This document shows, one piece after another, positions 10,955-20,052 of a DNA stretch of 64,000 nt; position 1 is the stretch's first letter; each line of letters begins with the position of its first letter. The translations under genes were made by a program, and so were the position numbers. A model generated the notes under the pieces. It was given only the letters and a program-made list of their open reading frames with translations, ran no database searches and was not told where the DNA came from. Origin of the DNA: a bacterium (GTDB taxonomy: Bacteria; Electryoneota; Electryoneia; Electryoneales; Electryoneaceae); the NCBI GenBank assembly GCA_020444265.1, contig JAHLLH010000002.1:297033-361032 (forward strand), written 5' to 3'.

Positions 10955-13900
10955 ATGAACAAGCGTTACGTACACAGTATTTTCCGATCGATTGCTTCTG
11001 CACGCCCTGACTCCGTCGCCATCCGGTCAGCAGAAGGCGAGATTCGCTATGCCGACCTGCTGACCCGTGTGGATCAGCTCGCCGTCCGAATCCGTGGACA
11101 AGGAATCGGCGACGGCTCTTTTGTCGCCATCGATCTTCCTGAAAGCATCGACCTTGTCGTCTCGATGCTCGCAGCCTGGAGTTGCGGAACCGTCTATTTC
11201 CCCATCGGTCAGGAATGGCCGGAAGCACGGACCCGTTCCCTCCTCGAGCGAGTCAGTCCCGCATTGGTGCTTTGTCTTGAGAAGGATGCCGGAAAGCTGG
11301 AGCGGCTTCTCGCCGCAGGAAACCCATCTGGCTACCGTCCGAACATCCTGCTTGTTGATAATCCGCCCGCTAGCACCTCCTCGCCACAGACCGAGGAATC
11401 GCAATTCAATACGAATGGCGACGGGGACGAAGATGCTTACCTGTTGTTTACCTCCGGTTCGACCGGGGAGCCGAAAGGCATCCTGGGACGGCACAAAAGC
11501 CTGAGCCATTTCATTCATTGGGAGATGAAGGAGTTCGGGATCGGACCAGAGGATCGTGTCAGCCTGCTCGCACCGCCGACCTTCGATGTCAGCTTGAGAG
11601 ATATGCTGGTTCCACTCCTCTCCGGCGGCTGCCTTTGCATCCCGCCAGAGGGGGTGAAACGGTCGCCGGGTCGTCTTCTCGAATGGCTCGAGCGGGAAGA
11701 GGTCACAACGATCCACTTGGTGCCATCGCTGATGAGGTTGCTGGAACAGGAGGCGCGTGACCAGAATGCCTCCACCTCACTACGTGCGGTGAAGCATCTG
11801 CTTCTGGCTGGGGAGCCGCTCTTTGGTGCGGACGTGAACCGTTGGCGCGAGACCTTCGGGGACTCGATGGAGTTGGTGAACCTCTACGGTCCTTCCGAAT
11901 CGACCCTCGCGAAACTCTACCAGCGCATCGAAGAGGGTCCACTCCCTTCCGAGAAAATGGTCCCGGTTGGAAAACCGATCAGCAACACTGCGGTGTTGAT
12001 TTTGCGAGATGGTGCCCTCTGCCGTATCGGCGAAGAGGGCGAAGTTCATATCAAAACACCGTTCCTGAGCAACGGTTACTTCGGCCTGCAGGAAGCGAAC
12101 CGCGCGAGCTTTGTGGACAACCCTTTGAACCCGGAAGAAGAGGATATCCTCTTCCGGACGGGTGACCTGGGCTGTTACCTGCCGGATCGAAGTGTCGTGC
12201 TTCACGGCCGCCTGGATATGCAGGTTAAAATTCACGGCAACCGTGTTGAGCCCGGCGAGATTGAGAGCTTGCTGGTTTCGTACGAGGGAATCCAGCAAGC
12301 CGCGGTGCTACCCGAGGAACAGGTGGATCACTCCTGGTCCTTGAGTGCCTTTTATACCAGCGATGGGGAGCTCAACGGGGAGGAACTCGGCGATTGGCTC
12401 GGCCAGCATCTGCCCGCCTACATGGTCCCCGGTCGGTTCTTCAGGTTGGATTCCCTGCCGTTGACCAGCCATGGAAAAATGGATCGCCACGCTCTGACCA
12501 AGCTCTCCCGTGAACGGCAACAGGAACAGGAATACCTCGCCCCCGAGACGGAGGCAGAACTCATCCTTGCCGAGATATGGCGGGAGGTGATCGGGCTTGA
12601 TCGTGTGGGGGCCAGCTCCCATTTCTTCGAGATCGGAGGGCATTCACTCCACGCTATCCGTGTGGTGGCGCGTCTGCAACGAGCCACGGGTATCGAATTG
12701 TCGATCCAACAGCTCTTCGGCCACCCAGTACTGCGGGATTGTGCCACTCTTCTGGATAGCCTGACACCGAAAACCGAAGCGACTATTCCGCATCTACCCG
12801 ATAGCGAGGAAGGCTATCCTCTCTCGCCTTCCCAGCGTCGCCTCTGGACCCTCTTTCAGATTGATCCCGGATCTCTCGCTTACACCATTCAGAGCGGGAT
12901 TCGTCTGGAGGGTGAACTCGATCAGCAGAGCCTCCGCACCGCGTGGCAGATGTTGGTCGAGAGGCATGAAGTGCTGCGCAGCCGGTATGTGCTGGTGGGG
13001 GACGAACCACGTATGAAGGTCGATCCGCCTCGAGCAGAGCTGCCGATGGTTGACCTCTCCAGCGAGGTTGATCCCGAAGCCACAGCCACCATCGAGATGG
13101 AGCGTTTGTCCGGCAAACCCTTTGATCTCACCACTGGGCCGCTTGTGCGTATCGCGCTCTACCGGATCGGTGAAGAGAACCACCTCCTCGCCTTGCAACT
13201 GCATCACATCGTGGCCGATGCCTGGTCGCTGGATGTCCTCGCCGGGGAGTTGCAGCAGCTCTACAACAGCCTCCGCAGTGGAGAGGATACCGACCTGCCT
13301 GCCCTCCCCTTCCACTACCGGGACTATGCTTCCTGGGCACGGGATCGTCTCCAGCAGCAAGGAGTTGAAACATCGCTCGGCTACTGGACACGGAAGCTGG
13401 CGGATGCGCCGGTCCCCGCTGAATTGCCCGGGGATCGAACACGGCCCATGCGTCGCTCCTTCAAGGGCGGAACCATCTTCCGCTCTTTGGACCAGGCGAC
13501 GCAAAACTCCCTTGAATCGGCGAGTCGACGATATGGAACGACTCCCTTTTCTATCCTGCTGACAGCGTTAAAGGTACTGGTCTACCGTCTAAGCGGGGAG
13601 CGTGATGTCATTGTCGGCACCACCGTCGCCAACCGTACGATTCCCGAGCTCGAAAACCAGGTAGGGTTTTATGTCAATACCCTCGCCCTCAGGGACCAAC
13701 TCCATCCGGATCAAGGTTTCGCAGAGCTGATTCAAGCTGTATCACAGACCGTTCGGGATGGTTTCGCACAACAGGACCTTCCCTTCGACAGCGTTGTTGA
13801 AGCGCTGGATTTGCCACGCGACCTCGCACGCAACCCGTTATTCGATATCGCCCTGATCCATCATGCGGACCGTGTGACCTCCATCGAGATGGATGGCTTG

Positions 13901-16900
13901 AAGGCGGCCCCAATCCCCGTTGAAGAGCAATCGGCCAAGTATGATCTCCTGATCTCTTTCGAACAGCGGCACGGCGAATGGATGCTGGAGGCGAACTACA
14001 GCAGCGACCTGTACGACCCCGAAACGGTAGAACGTCTGCTGGACCTCCTGACGACCACCCTTTCGACAGGTGTGGCGCAGCCGGACACCCCGATTGGCGA
14101 TCTGCCTCTGCTTTCGGGCACTCATCTTGAACAGGTGCAATCCTTCGGGGTTGGCGAACAACGACCCGAGTGGCTTGGCAAAACGGTGCCGGAAATATTC
14201 CTGCGGCAAGTGGGCCGGACACCCGATGCGACTGCTTTGATCAAGGGATCGAGTTCATGGTCCTATGCAGAGTTGCAACGTGACATGCAACGAATATCAA
14301 CGTGGCTGAGGGCGGAAAAGGTCGAGCATGGCTCGGTGATCGGTGTGCAGTGTGAACGCTCCCCGGAAGGGATCGCCGCCCTGCTCGCCATCTTGCAGGC
14401 GGGATGTGTTTACCTCCCGCTTGAGCCGGATCTGCCCGCCGAACGGCTTGCCTGGATGCTCCGCGACTCCGGTTGCAAACTGGTTTTGCATGACGGCTGT
14501 TCCACAGCAGCCATACCGGATGATGTCAACCGTGTTGCCCTGTCTGCGATGAAGAATAATGGAGTTGACGGCGAGTCATCTTCACCGGGTTCCAGCGACC
14601 TTGCCTACATCATCTACACCTCCGGGACGACGGGTACTCCGAAAGGGGTGATGGTCGAGCATGGTGGTTTCTGCAACATGATCGCAGCCCAGATTGAAGC
14701 GTGGGAAGTGGCGCCGGCATCACGGGTGCTGCAATTCGCCTCGTGGGGATTTGATGCGGCGTTGTCTGAAATCTTCATGGCCCTCTTCTCCGGCGCGGCC
14801 CTTGTGCTCGCAGATCGCGACACCCTGCTCGAACCAGACCAGTTCGCCCGGCTGATGGAACGTGAGCAGATTACCACGGCTACCCTTCCACCGGTGTACC
14901 AGGCCGCACTCGGCAAGCGATCCTTCCCCTCTCTGCGCACGCTGATATCCGCAGGTGAAGCAGCAGAGCCTTCGCTGTTGGCTTTTCACAGCGAGACAGC
15001 GACTTGCTGGAATGCGTACGGCCCAACCGAGTGCAGTGTCTGCGCCACGATGTACCGCTACAGCCCAGCTGGACAGTCCCGCATGGTTCCTATCGGCTCA
15101 CCCATCCCGAATGGCGAGGCGCTTGTCCTCGATGCGCGCGGCAATCTGCTCCCGGTGGGAATTCCGGGAGAGCTTTGCCTCGGCGGTGTGGGAGTTGCCA
15201 GGGGCTATCTGAATGATCCGGAACGAACCAAACGCCTTTTCCCACCCCACCCTGTCGGGGTGGAGGGCCAACGTATCTACCGGACAGGGGATCGTGTACG
15301 CTGGCTCGCCGATGGAAATCTTGAGTACCTGGGACGAATCGACAATCAGGTAAAGATTCGAGGCCATCGTGTCGAACCCGCCGAGGTCAGCCGTCACCTT
15401 CTCGACCATCCGTCCATTGCCGATGCAGTCGCCGCTCCTCTGGGGAGTGATTCCGGGGGGGAGTTGGTCGCCTGGACTCGCACGAGGAGGCGTCCTGAAC
15501 TATGGCCGTCTGTGGCCGAGTTTTATGTCTACGACGACATCCTCTACCGAGCGATGTACACGGATGAGGAGCGAAACAGCCGTTATCGGGCGGCCTTTGA
15601 AGCCGCGCTTCCGGGCAAGACCGTTCTTGAAATCGGCCCCGGTCCTGTAGCCATTCTGGCGAGGATGGCGATTGAGGCGGGAGCACGAAAAGTGTATGCC
15701 GTCGAGCTGCTGGAAGAGTCCTGGCGCAAGGCAAAAGCACGTGTCGCCGAGCTGGGGTTGCAGGATCAAATCGAGCTGATTCACGGGGACATTCGAACCG
15801 TCACCCTGCCCGAAAAGGTGGATGCCTGTATCTCGGAAATCGTCGGAGCGATTGGCGGGTCCGAAGGGTCCGCGAAGCTGATCAATGAAGCGCGTCGCTT
15901 CCTGAACGACCCTGCCGCGATGATTCCTTCTCGCAGCCTGACCTGGATGGCGGCGATGGAACTGCCCGATGATCCAGACCTGCTTCAGCTTCCCGACATC
16001 GCCACCCACTACATCAGCCGGATTTTCGAGGAAGCCGGACGACCATTCGATCTGCGCATGAGCTTGAAACATGTCGATTCCAGCCTGCTCCTGAGCGATC
16101 GCGGTCCGATTGAGGACCTCGACTATACCCGGCCGGTGCCGTTGGAAGCGAGCCACAAGGTTGAGCTCGAGGTGAAGCGGGACGGTATCTGTCATGGCAT
16201 CCTGGCGTGGATGGAGCTCTTTACCGACCCGGATCATTCCATCGACATTCTCGAGCATGCGGGGAGCTGGCTCCCGGTCTTCCTGCCGCTTTCGGACGAG
16301 CCCTTTGAGGTGCGTGCGGGTGATTCCCTGCATGGTCGTGTCGATCGAACACTTTATGAGAACGGGTTAAATCCCGAGTTCACGGTCAAGGGGGAACTTC
16401 ACCGTGAAGGGTCGCTGGTGCAGCGGTTCACGGTCGAGGCGAAACATATTTCGCCCGGATTCCGCACCACACCCTTCCATCATGACCTGTTTGATGAAAA
16501 GGGACTTGTCCGTAGCATTCCTGAGGCGAATGCCACCGGCCTTCGCCGTTTTTTGCAGGATCGTCTGCCGGACTATATGATTCCGTCACGGTTTATTGAG
16601 GTCGAGTCCATTCCGCAGACCGCGCATGGCAAGGTGGACTTCGAGGCGCTGCGGGTCCTCGCGGCGGAGGAGACGCATGAAATCGCATCGAAACCGCCGG
16701 TAACAGAGAAGCAACAGACCATTGCCGAGGTGGTTGAGCAGGTGACAGGTTCACACCTTCCGGGCGTGGACCAGGATCTGTTCGCCTACGGTCTCGATTC
16801 GATTCGAGCCATTCAGATGGTTGCCCGTTTAAAGGAAGCGGGGCTGCATTTGGACGTGCGGGATATCTTTAATCATCCTACGATTGAACGCCTTGCGGAG

Positions 16901-18340
16901 ATCGCTCGCGAGAGTGGTCGTTCGATCGACCAGGGGCCGGTGACCGGTAACGTTCCTCTTGGGCCGATCCAGGAATGGTTCTTCGACACGCACCATGCTT
17001 GCCCTCACCATTTCAACCAGTCGATGCTACTCGCACCCTCTGAACCACTTGATACTCCCAGCTTGCAGGCAACCCTCGACTCTTTGGTGGATCATCATGA
17101 TGGCTTGCGTCTCGTGGTCAAGCAGGGGGTTGATCAACCAGAGCTGGTGATCCAGCCGTTCAACAAGGCTCACCTCGTTGAGGTTGATCTGCGGGGAGAG
17201 GAGGATGCGTTATCCGCCATGCAGGATCGAGCGCAGCAGCTCCAGTCCGATTGTGATCTCGACAGGGGACCGCTTTTCCGTGCCGTCCTGTTCCACCTCC
17301 CGAAAGCGGACCGTTTGCTGCTCATCGCGCACCATCTCCTTGTTGATGGAATTTCCTGGCGCATTCTGCTCGAAGATCTCGAGCGCGGGTATCGAATGGC
17401 AATGGAGGGCGATACTCCCATATTCGCCGCAAAAACGGACTCGTTGATCACATGGATGGACGCTTTGCAGGCGGCTGCCGATACTGGCGAGTTCGAAGAG
17501 GAACGTTCCTTCTGGACCAGCATGAATCAAGCGGACGTCCAGCCACTTCCACATGCTAGCAGCGATGGCCAAGCCGCGACACGAGCCGACAGCGAGGTGC
17601 TTCATGCTTCGCTCGAGGTGGAGCAGACTCATCTTCTATTGACGGCTGCCCTGGGTCGCTACGGTACCGAGACGACCGACCTGCTCCTCACCGCTCTGCT
17701 TCGCGCTTTGAAGCAATGGACAGGAACTGGTCAGGCACGGCTTGCCTTGGAAGGGCACGGACGTGAAGAGCTGTTTGATGACGTTGATGTCACACGTACT
17801 GTTGGATGGTTTACCTCGCTCTACCCAGTGCTGCTGGATATTGATGAATCCGAAGAGATCGGCTGGCAGGTACGAACCATCAAGGAATCACTCCGCGCTA
17901 TTCCCAACCGTGGCATAGGCTATGGGGTTCTGCGCTACCTGGCTGATCCACCTCTTTTCAGCAGCCCAGCTTCTGCAATCAGTTTCAATTACCTGGGACA
18001 GACCGGCACGAGCGACAGGGATACTTTTTTCCAAATGTCCGATGAACCGGCCGGTCTCGAGATTGGCTTGAAATCGGAACTCGAAGCAGAGATCGCCCTT
18101 GTCTGTGCTGTTGTTAAAGGTGAACTCCGAATCGACCTACGCTTCAACCGGACACTTTTTACCCATCGGGCGATGGAAAGGCTGCTGGAAGACTGGATTG
18201 GGGAGTTACGTTCCCTCATCCAACATTGCATGGAATCAGGGGAGCGTGAACTGACGCCGAGCGATTTGACCTACGATGGTTTTTCCATGCAGGAACTCGA
18301 TGACTTCCTTGACGATATTGATCTCGGGGAAGAGGAGTAG
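10955..18340 (+). CDS. NRPS: A-PCP-C-A(with embedded SAM-dependent methyltransferase)-PCP-E
   Basis: A1: LFTSGSTGEPKGI, NLYGPSEST, A10 LTSHGKMDR. PCP GGHSLHAIRV. C: HHIVADAWS. A2: YIIYTSGTTGTPKGV, NAYGPTECSV, YRTGDRVRW...IRGHRVEPAEV. A ~370 aa insertion carrying Rossmann SAM motif VLEIGPGPVAILARMA follows, before A10 (IPQTAHGKVD). PCP YGLDSIRAIQ. E: AHHLLVDGISWRIL. Acidic C-terminal tail. Confidence 0.9.
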   Translation: MNKRYVHSIFRSIASARPDSVAIRSAEGEIRYADLLTRVDQLAVRIRGQGIGDGSFVAIDLPESIDLVVSMLAAWSCGTVYFPIGQEWPEARTRSLLERVSPALVLCLEKDAGKLERLLAAGNPSGYRPNILLVDNPPASTSSPQTEESQFNTNGDGDEDAYLLFTSGSTGEPKGILGRHKSLSHFIHWEMKEFGIGPEDRVSLLAPPTFDVSLRDMLVPLLSGGCLCIPPEGVKRSPGRLLEWLEREEVTTIHLVPSLMRLLEQEARDQNASTSLRAVKHLLLAGEPLFGADVNRWRETFGDSMELVNLYGPSESTLAKLYQRIEEGPLPSEKMVPVGKPISNTAVLILRDGALCRIGEEGEVHIKTPFLSNGYFGLQEANRASFVDNPLNPEEEDILFRTGDLGCYLPDRSVVLHGRLDMQVKIHGNRVEPGEIESLLVSYEGIQQAAVLPEEQVDHSWSLSAFYTSDGELNGEELGDWLGQHLPAYMVPGRFFRLDSLPLTSHGKMDRHALTKLSRERQQEQEYLAPETEAELILAEIWREVIGLDRVGASSHFFEIGGHSLHAIRVVARLQRATGIELSIQQLFGHPVLRDCATLLDSLTPKTEATIPHLPDSEEGYPLSPSQRRLWTLFQIDPGSLAYTIQSGIRLEGELDQQSLRTAWQMLVERHEVLRSRYVLVGDEPRMKVDPPRAELPMVDLSSEVDPEATATIEMERLSGKPFDLTTGPLVRIALYRIGEENHLLALQLHHIVADAWSLDVLAGELQQLYNSLRSGEDTDLPALPFHYRDYASWARDRLQQQGVETSLGYWTRKLADAPVPAELPGDRTRPMRRSFKGGTIFRSLDQATQNSLESASRRYGTTPFSILLTALKVLVYRLSGERDVIVGTTVANRTIPELENQVGFYVNTLALRDQLHPDQGFAELIQAVSQTVRDGFAQQDLPFDSVVEALDLPRDLARNPLFDIALIHHADRVTSIEMDGLKAAPIPVEEQSAKYDLLISFEQRHGEWMLEANYSSDLYDPETVERLLDLLTTTLSTGVAQPDTPIGDLPLLSGTHLEQVQSFGVGEQRPEWLGKTVPEIFLRQVGRTPDATALIKGSSSWSYAELQRDMQRISTWLRAEKVEHGSVIGVQCERSPEGIAALLAILQAGCVYLPLEPDLPAERLAWMLRDSGCKLVLHDGCSTAAIPDDVNRVALSAMKNNGVDGESSSPGSSDLAYIIYTSGTTGTPKGVMVEHGGFCNMIAAQIEAWEVAPASRVLQFASWGFDAALSEIFMALFSGAALVLADRDTLLEPDQFARLMEREQITTATLPPVYQAALGKRSFPSLRTLISAGEAAEPSLLAFHSETATCWNAYGPTECSVCATMYRYSPAGQSRMVPIGSPIPNGEALVLDARGNLLPVGIPGELCLGGVGVARGYLNDPERTKRLFPPHPVGVEGQRIYRTGDRVRWLADGNLEYLGRIDNQVKIRGHRVEPAEVSRHLLDHPSIADAVAAPLGSDSGGELVAWTRTRRRPELWPSVAEFYVYDDILYRAMYTDEERNSRYRAAFEAALPGKTVLEIGPGPVAILARMAIEAGARKVYAVELLEESWRKAKARVAELGLQDQIELIHGDIRTVTLPEKVDACISEIVGAIGGSEGSAKLINEARRFLNDPAAMIPSRSLTWMAAMELPDDPDLLQLPDIATHYISRIFEEAGRPFDLRMSLKHVDSSLLLSDRGPIEDLDYTRPVPLEASHKVELEVKRDGICHGILAWMELFTDPDHSIDILEHAGSWLPVFLPLSDEPFEVRAGDSLHGRVDRTLYENGLNPEFTVKGELHREGSLVQRFTVEAKHISPGFRTTPFHHDLFDEKGLVRSIPEANATGLRRFLQDRLPDYMIPSRFIEVESIPQTAHGKVDFEALRVLAAEETHEIASKPPVTEKQQTIAEVVEQVTGSHLPGVDQDLFAYGLDSIRAIQMVARLKEAGLHLDVRDIFNHPTIERLAEIARESGRSIDQGPVTGNVPLGPIQEWFFDTHHACPHHFNQSMLLAPSEPLDTPSLQATLDSLVDHHDGLRLVVKQGVDQPELVIQPFNKAHLVEVDLRGEEDALSAMQDRAQQLQSDCDLDRGPLFRAVLFHLPKADRLLLIAHHLLVDGISWRILLEDLERGYRMAMEGDTPIFAAKTDSLITWMDALQAAADTGEFEEERSFWTSMNQADVQPLPHASSDGQAATRADSEVLHASLEVEQTHLLLTAALGRYGTETTDLLLTALLRALKQWTGTGQARLALEGHGREELFDDVDVTRTVGWFTSLYPVLLDIDESEEIGWQVRTIKESLRAIPNRGIGYGVLRYLADPPLFSSPASAISFNYLGQTGTSDRDTFFQMSDEPAGLEIGLKSELEAEIALVCAVVKGELRIDLRFNRTLFTHRAMERLLEDWIGELRSLIQHCMESGERELTPSDLTYDGFSMQELDDFLDDIDLGEEE

Positions 18341-18356
18341 TTAATCAGGGGGGGGG

Positions 18357-19307
18357 ATGGACTACACGTTGACCATGAACGACCTGAAGCGCCTCACCGG
18401 CTTCAGCGCCCCGGAGGTACGGGACCGTCTCGCTCGCGATCACAGCATCGAGCTGACACCCTCCGATTTGACGGTACCTCCCCACGCCGTGCGGGCACTG
18501 CTCGGTTCCCTCGGGGTGGCTTACAAGCCCAAAACAATCGCCTTTGTCAACCTGAAGGGCGGGGTCGGCAAAACCATTTCCGCGATCACCTTTGCATCCC
18601 GGGCAGTGCAGTATGGATTCAAAACCTGCCTGATCGACATGGATTCCCAGGGGTCAGCATCCCTGGCGTTCGACAGTGAACCGGCGGAAGACGACCCCAT
18701 TTTTTACGATGTGTGGCAGAAACCGGGGAAGATGGTCCTGCCCTCTCTGCATCAAATCGGAGATGGGTTTTACCTGCTTCCCTCCTCGCTTGACAATGCC
18801 CTGCTCGATGCAGCCCTTGCCAATCCAGCCGCTCAGAAAAGTGCGGTGCAGGGCGTGTGCGACGAACTCTACCGGGGCGGATTCGACCTGGTCGTGATTG
18901 ATTGTCCACCCTCCCTCGGCACAGCAGTCATCTCGACCATCAGTGCGGCAGACAGTCTTGTTATTCCGTTGGCCAACGACCCCTATTCCTCAAAAGGGTT
19001 GGCACTTACGCTGGCAGAAAGCCGTTCGATCCGCTCCACTTTTGGACTACCCGAACCGAATGTTCATATCCTCTTCACACGCTACGATAAACGTGAGCGG
19101 CTTACCGAAGAGGCACATCGCTACCTCAAGAAACACCACAAGAAAAATCTGTTGCCGGTTGTGATACCGACCAGCACGCGATATGCACAGGCTCTGGCAC
19201 GACGCGAAACGGTTTTTGCACCGGGGGATTACCGTGAGGCGAGGAAGCCCTACGATCTCCTGACACGCCATCTACTGGCGATTTTTCCTTCGAAAGGGGG
19301 GAAGTAA
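18357..19307 (+). CDS. ParA/MinD-family (deviant Walker A) ATPase with ~55 aa N-terminal extension
   Basis: KGGVGKTISAITFA deviant Walker A. DMDSQGS and VIDCPPSLG motifs typical of ParA/MinD/Soj. N-terminal extension LTMNDLKRLTGFSAPEVRDRLAR may be HTH-like. G9 tract directly abuts the ATG. Confidence 0.8.
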   Translation: MDYTLTMNDLKRLTGFSAPEVRDRLARDHSIELTPSDLTVPPHAVRALLGSLGVAYKPKTIAFVNLKGGVGKTISAITFASRAVQYGFKTCLIDMDSQGSASLAFDSEPAEDDPIFYDVWQKPGKMVLPSLHQIGDGFYLLPSSLDNALLDAALANPAAQKSAVQGVCDELYRGGFDLVVIDCPPSLGTAVISTISAADSLVIPLANDPYSSKGLALTLAESRSIRSTFGLPEPNVHILFTRYDKRERLTEEAHRYLKKHHKKNLLPVVIPTSTRYAQALARRETVFAPGDYREARKPYDLLTRHLLAIFPSKGGK

Positions 19308-19308
19308 C

Positions 19309-20052
19309 ATGGCAGATGACCATCCTGATAAACCAAAAGTGAACCGGTCGAGACGGCGGCCCTACGAACAGGCTGCAGCCGGTGGCACCAAGAAACGTCC
19401 AGCGAAAGCCACGGGGTCGCGTCCGAAAACGACGAAGAAGATCGCTTCTCGTCCAACCCGTAGCACCAAATCAGGATCAGGCAACGCACCAAAGCCGAAA
19501 ACGGAAGCGGCTGTGGAAGCGACACCCCTTGAGACCAAAGCAGGCCCGGCACCAGATATCGGCAATTCGATCAAGGTGGTTGAGGTAGAGGAGCCGTTGA
19601 CGCCGAAAGCGGACAAGGTGGTAAGAAACCATGTGATCGCCTCGATGGGGTTTGGCCTGATTCCGATTCCTATCGTTGATATCGCTTCCCTGATCCCGGT
19701 CCAGATGTCCCTGGTCGCCGAATTGGCAGAACTGTATGGCTGTTCTTACAAACGCGACCGGGATCGGTCGGTAATGGCAGGCGTTTTGACAGGCATCCTC
19801 TCCCATCATTTTGCCTCCGGCAAGTACCGTTTCCTCGTTCACACCATTCCTGTGGTTGGACCGCTGCTCAGCATGGCCACCTTCCCGGTATTCGCCGGCG
19901 CAAGCACCTATGCGGTCGGGAAGGTCTTCATTCAGCACTTCGAAACAGGTGGCACGTTGCTCGATTTCAAACCGGAAAAGGTGAAAAGCTTTTTCCGTGA
20001 ACAGTACGAGCAGGGGAAACGTTTCGCCTCTGGCGTGAAGACCGGGAAATAG
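19309..20052 (+). CDS. Hypothetical protein: highly basic Lys/Arg/Pro-rich N-terminus plus conserved C-terminal hydrophobic domain (DUF697/YcjF-like, tentative)
   Basis: Starts 1 nt after parA-like stop; stop overlaps next NRPS start. N-terminal ~100 aa is rich in K/R/P/T. C-terminal domain (GFGLIPIPIVDIASLIPVQMSLVAELAELYG ... ATYAVGKVFIQHFETGGTLLDF) is paralogous to 29077..29571. Resemblance to E. coli YcjF is from memory only. Confidence 0.6.
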   Translation: MADDHPDKPKVNRSRRRPYEQAAAGGTKKRPAKATGSRPKTTKKIASRPTRSTKSGSGNAPKPKTEAAVEATPLETKAGPAPDIGNSIKVVEVEEPLTPKADKVVRNHVIASMGFGLIPIPIVDIASLIPVQMSLVAELAELYGCSYKRDRDRSVMAGVLTGILSHHFASGKYRFLVHTIPVVGPLLSMATFPVFAGASTYAVGKVFIQHFETGGTLLDFKPEKVKSFFREQYEQGKRFASGVKTGK

